A stretch of 64,000 bases of DNA. Source: a virus. The notes below the pieces were generated by a model. That model was given only the letters and a program-made list of their open reading frames with translations, had not been told where the DNA came from and searched no databases. Positions 51,668 to 59,459 of the stretch are shown here, one piece after another (the stretch's first letter is position 1; each line of letters begins with the position of its first letter). The translations under genes were made by a program, and so were the position numbers. The stretch is taken from IMG/VR virus record IMGVR_UViG_3300027743_000025, positions 1 to 64,000 of that record; one strand, written 5' to 3'.

Positions 51668-52434
51668 AGCGGATTCACCACCGGCGGAGGCTCAGCGAAG
51701 GTGGCCGTCCGCACGCAGACAGCCACGCCGGGAGGAGAGTCGGGGGTGTAGACGGCCGAAGGCCGCCGCGCCTTGTCCGGGTTAAACGGAGCCAGGAAAG
51801 AGTCAACCCGGGCCAGCCCGGTGAACCCCTTGTCCAGGAAGGTCTGCGGGTCGATGACCGTGTAGGAGATCCCCTCCCGGTTGACAGAGGTAACCCGATC
51901 AGGGAGCTGACACTCGTCGTCCCCGATGATCCCCAGATACAGCTCATGGGCGAAGATCAGGAGCGCCCGGCGGGCCGCCCTGGTGATGGTTGACCCGAAC
52001 CGGTAGGCCATCTTGACCATGAACGTCTCGCGTGGCTCACAGCCGCACGCGCCCATCATCCAGCCCAGATTGCAGTGCTTCTCATTGAAGTAGACATCCT
52101 GCCCGACCAGGCAGGGAGTCCAGGGGAGCGGCACCGTGGGATCTCCGTCTGTGCCGCATACCCAGTAGACGCCGGTCACCTCGCGCAGTGGCCGGAAGGT
52201 CGGTGTCAACCGGTGCACCCGAGGCGTAGCCATGTAGTCCTCTTCAGCGCAGCCGGCCGGATGCAGCTTGAAGCCGGAGAGGCGCATGAGCACCTCTCCG
52301 GCTATAGCAATGGCCTCTGCGATGTCCTCGGCCTCGGCCGGCGTAGGGAAGATCTCCAAGTCCGGAGCAGGGAGTCGTGTCCCGTGCCAGACAGCGGCGA
52401 TGACGGAAGGGTCCTTAGGGTCTACCCAGAGCAT
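51664..52434 (-). CDS. head-to-tail adaptor
   Basis: ECQLPDRVTSVNREGISY...GFTGL..VD..L...NP. Confidence 0.8.
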   Translation of the reverse strand: MLWVDPKDPSVIAAVWHGTRLPAPDLEIFPTPAEAEDIAEAIAIAGEVLMRLSGFKLHPAGCAEEDYMATPRVHRLTPTFRPLREVTGVYWVCGTDGDPTVPLPWTPCLVGQDVYFNEKHCNLGWMMGACGCEPRETFMVKMAYRFGSTITRAARRALLIFAHELYLGIIGDDECQLPDRVTSVNREGISYTVIDPQTFLDKGFTGLARVDSFLAPFNPDKARRPSAVYTPDSPPGVAVCVRTATFAEPPPVVNPL

Positions 52435-52469
52435 TTCAGCCCTCCCGTCATCGCCATCAACCTGCTGCC

Positions 52470-54122
52470 TTACATGTTGCTGGTGCCGCGCCTCGCCCTA
52501 CTCGTGCTAGGCGTAGTTCCCGTGGCCGGCGTGGGCGGCGTGCTGCTGCCCGTGTTCGGCGGGATCTCGTCATTGCTCGGACCAGGGTTGACCGGGCCAG
52601 TGCTAGGCGCCGGAGTCGGCTCCAGCGTCAGGCCAGGCTCCGGGGCCGGAGTCTCCGTGCCACCACCGCCGGTCGTCGGCGTCGGAGGGGGAGGCGTAGT
52701 AGGCTCGCCGCCGCCGGAAGTAGGTCCGGCTTCCGGACCTTCCTCGCCGCCGGCCGCCTGTGCCCCGAAAGCCGCCGTTCCAGGTGCCCAAGCTGTGCCC
52801 GTCCAGTTGAAGTCGAACGTTCCGACCGTGAACGTCTGGCCAGTGGTCCACGCAGCCGGCAGAGCAGGGGCGTACCCGAGCCCGGACAGCTTGTCCGCGT
52901 TGGTCTGGTCAGATGCCGTGATCGTCGTTTCGGCACTGAACGTGTCGCTAGGTTCGACAGCTTCCTTGACCGGGCCGGCGTACAAGACCCAAGTGCTGCC
53001 ATTCCAAGAGACCTGGTCGGTAGTCAGCTGCGCATACTGGTCAGCCAACCACTGAGTGGTCGGGTTGGCCGTGACAGCCGGCACCATGGCCAGCAGCTCC
53101 GCCAACGTGTCCGGAACTGCCGCGTTTGCCGGGACCTTCGTGGCCGGGCGACCGGCGTTGAAGGCTGTCAGAACTGGCGGAACTGCGCCAGCTACCCAAG
53201 CAGTGCCATCCCAATGTGCCTGCGAACCATCGGCAAGAAGCACGTACTGGCCAGCAGTCCACGGAGCACTGTTGCCCAGCGGGCCGAGAGCCTGAAGGGC
53301 TGCCAGATCCGCCGGCCGCGTTGCATTGACCGGAGACAGCGTTGCCGGCGTGCCAGCCACGATCGCGACGACCGGGATACCGAGGTTAGCGAAGCAACCA
53401 CGGAGCCCTACCGGAGCGTTCGTAGCCCGCGCGTAGGCATACACACGGTCCGCGTACTGCGGAAACTTCCAGTCAAATGCTCCAGACACGGGAGCCGGGG
53501 AAACTCCAGCAAGGTCCAGGTTCGGGCCAGTGCCGTAGTTCATGTTTCCCGTACCTACTCCAGTGAAGACAGTAGCCAGATTCCCGTTCTCGACTACCCG
53601 GTCCCCATCAAGCCGGAGCTTGACCGAGGGGAAGAGGTAATCCCAGTAGGGGCACTGATTAGCTGATTTTCCGTTGACGATCGCAGATGCCCAGACGCGA
53701 AGGGCAACCCCGTTTGGGTTAGCCTCCACACCAGTTTTCTCGGCTGCGTAGCCAACCGCGTGGAGGTCATCAGGCAAAGCACCGGGGAGCGGGCAAAGCG
53801 CCCCGGTGCTGTCCACAATGACCTCTCCACCGACCAGCATCTGGGTGAGCACCGGGTCCGGGTCACACAGCTCAAGGCCGATAGTCGTGTTCTTCAGGGT
53901 GTCAGGAAGCTTGTACGTGACGCAGATTTCACCAGCTGCGTTGATGATCTCGATCTCATCGCCCTCGACGTACACGGGGGTGAACGTGAAGGAGATATAG
54001 CCACCGGTCAAGTAATTGTCACACTCGCTACCCGACAGGGGAGCACCGTCCGGTCCGAGTCGCGTCGCCATAAGCGCTACGCCACGGACTGAAGCGGCAT
54101 TGTCCTGTGTGTACTTAGCCAC
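52470..54122 (-). CDS. major tail protein with C-terminal repeats and Pro/Thr-rich tail
   Basis: SVRG...TRL..DG...GDEI...NAAGEICV; three WTxGQY/F...W.GT.W repeats. Confidence 0.85.
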   Translation of the reverse strand: MAKYTQDNAASVRGVALMATRLGPDGAPLSGSECDNYLTGGYISFTFTPVYVEGDEIEIINAAGEICVTYKLPDTLKNTTIGLELCDPDPVLTQMLVGGEVIVDSTGALCPLPGALPDDLHAVGYAAEKTGVEANPNGVALRVWASAIVNGKSANQCPYWDYLFPSVKLRLDGDRVVENGNLATVFTGVGTGNMNYGTGPNLDLAGVSPAPVSGAFDWKFPQYADRVYAYARATNAPVGLRGCFANLGIPVVAIVAGTPATLSPVNATRPADLAALQALGPLGNSAPWTAGQYVLLADGSQAHWDGTAWVAGAVPPVLTAFNAGRPATKVPANAAVPDTLAELLAMVPAVTANPTTQWLADQYAQLTTDQVSWNGSTWVLYAGPVKEAVEPSDTFSAETTITASDQTNADKLSGLGYAPALPAAWTTGQTFTVGTFDFNWTGTAWAPGTAAFGAQAAGGEEGPEAGPTSGGGEPTTPPPPTPTTGGGGTETPAPEPGLTLEPTPAPSTGPVNPGPSNDEIPPNTGSSTPPTPATGTTPSTSRARRGTSNM

Positions 54123-54164
54123 TTCACTCTCCTTGTCTCGTCACCGTCGCTGACTGCCGACCGG

Positions 54165-55808
54165 TTACGGGCAGCAGTACCCGGTGTCATCGAGCGGAGA
54201 AGTGATCCACAGTGGCAAGCCCCCGACGCTGGCCACGCTCTCGAAGATCTCGGAGAACTGCATGTAGTCGTTCGTCCGGACCAGCGCTGAATCCCGGATC
54301 AGACCGAGGTCCAGTGTGCCGCCGTCGAGCAGGAGCAGAGATCCCTCAGGGAAGAGAGCCCACTGAACCTGGCTCGGGAAGTCCGGCAGAGGCACCGGGG
54401 TTGCCAGGGTTGCCTCATCGAAGGGAACGTAGAACCCGCCCGGAGGAGCCGTTGTAGCCGCGCCGCCCGCGTCGGCCGCCGGCAGGGAAGCGGTCGGCAT
54501 CCAGGTGTCCAGGGACCACGTCACCGTGATGCCCAGCTCATTGAGGATGCTGTTCAGCTCCGCCTCGGACATCCCGTAGTTGTCGGGAAGCCGGGCCGTC
54601 GAGTTCTCGGCCGTGACGCTGTCAGAGATCATCAGGTCGCGGAACCATGACGGGATGATCGCATGCAGCCGCTCGTTGTTGACCAGCCGGTTGACATCCC
54701 GCAGGTAAGCCGCCGCCCGGTGGATGGTCCGGATGAAGTCCCGGATCGCGCCGTACGCCATGGCCGGGCCGGTGACCAGCTTGGAGAGCGCCTTGATCTG
54801 CGAGAGCAGCACCGCCTCAGCGAACCGCGCCTGCTGAACCCGAAGCATCTCCGTGTTGGCCGTGACCATCTCCGGGAAGATCCGAGACTGGAGCACGCCG
54901 AACTTGATACACATCGTGATGGCCTGAACCTCGGCCGTCTGCTCCGGCGGGCAATCCGCCCGGATGCAGACCTTCCAGGTCAACTCGTCGGCCGGATCGA
55001 CCGCTTCGTCGTCGTCACAGGTCCAGACAGCCACGCCGCCGGTCACGTCCGCGAGCTTTGGACCCTTGAAGTACCGGATGCCACCACGGTCAGCTTGGAA
55101 GCCGGGAAGCGCGCCGCGCACCGGCCGGTCCGTGTCGCCGATCGTGTAGAGGTCGTAACGGGTCTCCAGCGGAGCACAGCAGCCGCCGGCCGCCACGATG
55201 GCTGCCTGGTTGGTCACGGCCTCGATCTTGGCCTTGTTCCCTTCCAGGTCACCCTGGTAGAGGATCCGGTCTTCCGGCGCCTTGGTCTTGATGGAAGCCA
55301 CCACGACCTTCTCGCCATTGCCGCCGCTCAGGCCGTGGAGGGTGCGGATGCGCTTCGTGAAGGCGTCCGCGAAGTCCTTCAGGGTCGGAATTACAGTTCC
55401 AGCCGAGTAACCCGGGATGTCAGCGCCAGCGACCACGGAGGTCGTGGGCGCCGCCGTAACCGGCTCACGGTCACGCGGCACGGTCAGAGCGCCGCCTGCT
55501 GTCTGCTGCTCCACCGGGTCACCTTCCTTAGCTTCGTCGTTGTTGTCTTCAGCAGCTGCGACCAGCTGCGGTTCCATAGCGGCTGGCACCGGAGTCTCAG
55601 CAGCCGGGGCCGCTTCGCTTCCGCCATTTGAGCGCTTCTCCAGCTCACTAGACACCTGGTCCAGCGCGTCAGCGAGAGCAGCCATGCGCACGTCGTCGGC
55701 CGCCTGATCGGCAGCGTCGAATGCCGCTGTGATGTCTGCCTGAAGGCTCGCGAGTTCTTCGTCAGTGAGGTTGGCGATATCTGCGAGCTTCTGAGCGAAC
55801 TCGTCCAT
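54165..55808 (-). CDS. major capsid (hexamer) protein
   Basis: N-terminal scaffold-like helix; AAGGCCAP.E..YD...RGGIRY...LDLGLIRDS...TNDY..F.E.FE; AAGGAGG RBS. Confidence 0.88.
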   Translation of the reverse strand: MDEFAQKLADIANLTDEELASLQADITAAFDAADQAADDVRMAALADALDQVSSELEKRSNGGSEAAPAAETPVPAAMEPQLVAAAEDNNDEAKEGDPVEQQTAGGALTVPRDREPVTAAPTTSVVAGADIPGYSAGTVIPTLKDFADAFTKRIRTLHGLSGGNGEKVVVASIKTKAPEDRILYQGDLEGNKAKIEAVTNQAAIVAAGGCCAPLETRYDLYTIGDTDRPVRGALPGFQADRGGIRYFKGPKLADVTGGVAVWTCDDDEAVDPADELTWKVCIRADCPPEQTAEVQAITMCIKFGVLQSRIFPEMVTANTEMLRVQQARFAEAVLLSQIKALSKLVTGPAMAYGAIRDFIRTIHRAAAYLRDVNRLVNNERLHAIIPSWFRDLMISDSVTAENSTARLPDNYGMSEAELNSILNELGITVTWSLDTWMPTASLPAADAGGAATTAPPGGFYVPFDEATLATPVPLPDFPSQVQWALFPEGSLLLLDGGTLDLGLIRDSALVRTNDYMQFSEIFESVASVGGLPLWITSPLDDTGYCCP

Positions 55809-55957
55809 GAGTCTGTTCCCTCCTTCTTTGGGCACACCTCAGTCAATAGCTGAAGAGTTACGCCCGGTTGGGTAGGAAAGGTCACTACCCGGATGGAGGG
55901 TCACTCGATACCCACAGAGTATGACACAGCGATCTGGGTCACAAGCCACACCCACAG

Positions 55958-55986
55958 TTGACAGTGGTTGACCTGCTGTGTATAGT
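55958..55986 (+). promoter_or_regulatory. promoter with tandem GTTGAC-N4-GTTGAC
   Basis: TTGACA-N17-TATAGT. Confidence 0.85.
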
Positions 55987-56027
55987 TGCCCTTGTACCGC
56001 TCACCACTACCACCCAGAGGAGTTCCC

Positions 56028-56339
56028 ATGAGTGAGAACAAGATCAACCTAGAGCCCATCCCCACCCAGCTGGACACCAAGCCCCGCCACCGGATCTACT
56101 TCCGCCTCTTCTCCGCTGCCCAGCGTCTCGTCGGCGTGCCCGGCATGTCCCCGGCTCAGCGGATCGAAAACCTTGAGGTCATCCGGGAGAGCCTGCTGGA
56201 TGCACTCGCAATGCTGGAGATCGACATCTCTACCCGCAAGGCTTTGGTTGACATTGAGGCAAACTTCCACACCACTGCGGAGGAGCCCACCCAGACTGTT
56301 GAGGTTGAGGAGACCGATACCCCCGAGTGCCCCGAGTAA
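56028..56339 (+). CDS. hypothetical protein
   Basis: GAGGAG RBS. Confidence 0.75.
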   Translation: MSENKINLEPIPTQLDTKPRHRIYFRLFSAAQRLVGVPGMSPAQRIENLEVIRESLLDALAMLEIDISTRKALVDIEANFHTTAEEPTQTVEVEETDTPECPE

Positions 56340-56349
56340 TCCTCAGCAG

Positions 56350-56382
56350 GAGCGCCCACCGACTTAGGTCTGGTGGGCGCTT
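56350..56382 (+). terminator. terminator hairpin
   Basis: AGCGCCCACC...GGTGGGCGCT. Confidence 0.65.
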
Positions 56383-56426
56383 CGCTTATTGCTAGCCTAC
56401 CCCTAAGGTGAGGTGGGAGGTTAGCG

Positions 56427-56735
56427 ATGAGACTGAAGTTGCTGTTGGTGGCACTGCCTATACTGCTGCTGGCCAACTGCGCAGCACCGGCTCAGACCTG
56501 GTCTTTCAAGATGCCCAACCTGGTGGGCCAGGATCTGCTTAAGGCCAAGGGTCGGTTGACACAGCTGGGATTCCCCATCGAGAACATCTCGGTATACGCA
56601 GGAGACTCAGTCCACGATCTTGGTGTGGAGTCTCGATGGGTAGTGGAAACACAAGAACCACCGCCCGGGACGGTGGTTCCTGTGTGCGAGGAATGCTACG
56701 TAAGCCTGATCATCATTCCACTGCTGGCGGAGTGA
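56427..56735 (+). CDS. PASTA-domain lipoprotein
   Basis: lipobox LANC; MPNLVGQDL..A...L...GF...VV.TQ.P.PGT.V. Confidence 0.8.
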   Translation: MRLKLLLVALPILLLANCAAPAQTWSFKMPNLVGQDLLKAKGRLTQLGFPIENISVYAGDSVHDLGVESRWVVETQEPPPGTVVPVCEECYVSLIIIPLLAE

Positions 56736-59459
56736 CTACTTGAACGGGGACACGATCTCGTCGTCCTTGAACTTCTTGGCCGCCTTGCTGTACAGGCCAT
56801 TGATCTTAGACTGGATAGTGGCCCGGTCAGCCTGCGGAATGCTGGCCCCGCCCCGTGCACCCTTCAGCGCTGCTGCTGCCGCTGCGAGCCCGGAGTAAAC
56901 GATCTGGAGCTTCCCGTTGACCACGTCAGCGATGGGGAGCTTCCACGATCCCTTGTTGTTCGGGTCAGCTTTGCTGTCGTGGTAGAGGAATCCCTGCGCC
57001 AGCTGCCCCGTGTCATAAGTGCCGTCCGACTTCTTGGCCCTAGCGAACATGCGGTTAGCTGCTGCTGCCCCATCCCACGACCGACCCCTATCAGCAAAAG
57101 GGAGCCCTGAATCACCCCCCGCTGCCGCCGTGACCGGGTGAACCCGGTCGCGCAGCTTCTGGATCCTCAGCTGCTTCGCGGCCTCCCGCGCCCGCTGCAC
57201 AGCCTCCGACGCCGGCTGTTCCACGGGAATGGCCGGCTCAGCCTCAGCCTCTTCTTGCTCGGCCTCCGGTTCGGCCTCCGGGGAAATGATCTCGACTTCG
57301 TCTGTCTCAGGGAGCTGCTCCGGCTCGGCCTCCACTGCTGCCGTTTCAGGCTCCTCCGTGAAGAGAGCCGTCTCCACAGCGGCCAGCCGCTCCAGCACGG
57401 CCGCGTCCGCCGTCATGCTGGCCTTGAGCACCGCGAGGGACCGCGCGCCGGCCGCCACCAGTGCGGTAACCGCGCCACTCGCGACCCTGGCCCGAGCGAT
57501 CGGGAAGCCCGGCACGTTGACCTGGCAGACCGCGACCAGCTCCAGCGAGCCGTTGATGGGCCGCCAGTCCCCCGATGGGGCCGACGCGCGGAGCGAGCGG
57601 ACCTGCTCAGGCTTGATGTCCGGCCGGAGCGCGCCGGCCACCCAGATCCCGAACTTGTCCTCCCCTACCACCACGTCAGCGACCGCGCTGGCCGTGTTGT
57701 CGTAGTGGGCCACGGCGTGCCCAGCGTCCGCATTGAGCGGCGCGTGGCCGCCGGCCAGGGTCAGCTGGCCCACGTTCACGTCCTTGCCGCTGGCCGTGCG
57801 CAGGGTGCCGGTGGTGAAGTAGCTGTAGTTAGACCGGGAGCGCGGCGGCTTGACGCTGCCGGGGAGCCCGATGTGCGCCTGGTGCCAGTCCGCGATGTGG
57901 CCGAAGACTCGGCCGCTGTCGTCGTGGGTCAGCGGTGTCAACCGCTCCAGACCGGGGTTGGCGAACCACTCGTCCGGGGGTGCCACCGGGAACCCGCCGG
58001 CCAGGACGGCGCGCACCAGGCCCACGTCGTCCAGTGCTTCTGTGTAGATGCCGTCCTTCAGCATGTCGACATTCCTTCCGTGATGATCACTCCATGCGCC
58101 GGCCACCAGGGCGGACAGCAGCGCCTGTTCGGTTGACATGGCCGATGCAGCATGGCCCCGGTTCCGGCCTCGGCCCGGCCACTTGCCCAGCACCCTCTTG
58201 TGAAGGTTCGCGCAGTAGCCCTCAGCCCGGCCGGGCATGTACTTGTTGAGCTGGTGGACGCACCGCTTGAAGTCTCCCGGAGCGCCCCACTTGATCTTGG
58301 CAGCACCCTTGCCCTCGGCCCAGTAGCGCCGGAGCTTCTCGGCCCGGGGGTCGGGGGAGACCGCTGCCGTGACCCCGTCTATCTGCGCGATCACGTCAGA
58401 CAGGGCCGGGTCATCCAGCTCTACCAGCGGCGGGGGGTTTACACCCTCCAGCTGCGCCAACAGCTCGGGGTCATCGACCCATGACTTCTGGTCATAGCGC
58501 TGGACTTTCGGCCCCGGCTGGAGCCGGATCAGTGCGATCACCGCGCCGGGGTCCAGGTCATCGACCACAGCGAAGGGGGTCCAGTCTTCCTCGGCCACCG
58601 TGTCAACCGCTGCTGACAGCGGTGAGGCCATCCGGCTGATCCGGGAGCTGATCTTCTCTTGATCAGTCTGCGGGATCTGGAGGCTGGGAAGCAGCTCGGC
58701 AGCAGCAGTGAGGCCAGCCGAGACGATCTGAAGCTCACCGTTGACCACATCAGTGAAAGGAAGGAGCCAGGCCGCCTGCGTCTGCGGGTCCGCGTCAGGA
58801 TCTCGGTAGAGGAATCCCTGGCTGAGCTTGCCCGTGTCGTAGGACCCATCCGTCTTCCTGGCCCGCGAGAACAGCCGGTTGACAGCAGCATCCCCATCCC
58901 ACTTCCGAGCGCGGTCGGCAAACGGAAGGGTGAGGTCGCCGTTCACGGAAGCCAGCAGCGACAGATCCTGGTGCCCGGAATGCCGGAAGGCTGAGGGAGC
59001 CAGCCACGCCTGAGGCGTGTAGCAGCGCAGGGCCAGGCCTTCCGCGCCGGACAGCAGGGCATCCGCGAGGTCCACCGCGTCCGGCATGGTGAGCAGGATC
59101 AGTGGGTCAGAGCCCTCCCAAGGCTCCCAGGCGCCGGCCGCTGTCAGGGTCTCGTAGGATGCCTCTCCCACCCGACGCACCAGCTGCCGATAGAGCATGT
59201 CGTCGGCCGCGTCCGCCGTGGCGTAGAACCCGATATCCTCGCAGTCTGAGTCCGGGCACTCCAGCGTCTCGCGGGCCGGCCGGCTCAGAGCCGAGAGCGC
59301 TGACTCCAGCGTGTCGTCCGCCCACTTCCCGCTGTCACCCCCGGATGCCGAGAGCGCGAGGAGCTGCCACGCGGGCACCTCATGCTGGCTGACTTCGCCG
59401 CGCAGACGCCGGGGAACCGGGTAAGCCTTGTTATATCCACACATGACCAAAGATGTCAT
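56736..59459 (-). CDS. multidomain capsid maturation protease
   Basis: PP.EWF.NP...GRVFGHIA.W...HYDNT...GED..GIWVAG...SGDWR...VNVPGFP; duplicated LPFADR..WDG domain; LRRYW..GKGAAKI.W domain. Confidence 0.8.
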   Translation of the reverse strand: MTSLVMCGYNKAYPVPRRLRGEVSQHEVPAWQLLALSASGGDSGKWADDTLESALSALSRPARETLECPDSDCEDIGFYATADAADDMLYRQLVRRVGEASYETLTAAGAWEPWEGSDPLILLTMPDAVDLADALLSGAEGLALRCYTPQAWLAPSAFRHSGHQDLSLLASVNGDLTLPFADRARKWDGDAAVNRLFSRARKTDGSYDTGKLSQGFLYRDPDADPQTQAAWLLPFTDVVNGELQIVSAGLTAAAELLPSLQIPQTDQEKISSRISRMASPLSAAVDTVAEEDWTPFAVVDDLDPGAVIALIRLQPGPKVQRYDQKSWVDDPELLAQLEGVNPPPLVELDDPALSDVIAQIDGVTAAVSPDPRAEKLRRYWAEGKGAAKIKWGAPGDFKRCVHQLNKYMPGRAEGYCANLHKRVLGKWPGRGRNRGHAASAMSTEQALLSALVAGAWSDHHGRNVDMLKDGIYTEALDDVGLVRAVLAGGFPVAPPDEWFANPGLERLTPLTHDDSGRVFGHIADWHQAHIGLPGSVKPPRSRSNYSYFTTGTLRTASGKDVNVGQLTLAGGHAPLNADAGHAVAHYDNTASAVADVVVGEDKFGIWVAGALRPDIKPEQVRSLRASAPSGDWRPINGSLELVAVCQVNVPGFPIARARVASGAVTALVAAGARSLAVLKASMTADAAVLERLAAVETALFTEEPETAAVEAEPEQLPETDEVEIISPEAEPEAEQEEAEAEPAIPVEQPASEAVQRAREAAKQLRIQKLRDRVHPVTAAAGGDSGLPFADRGRSWDGAAAANRMFARAKKSDGTYDTGQLAQGFLYHDSKADPNNKGSWKLPIADVVNGKLQIVYSGLAAAAAALKGARGGASIPQADRATIQSKINGLYSKAAKKFKDDEIVSPFK

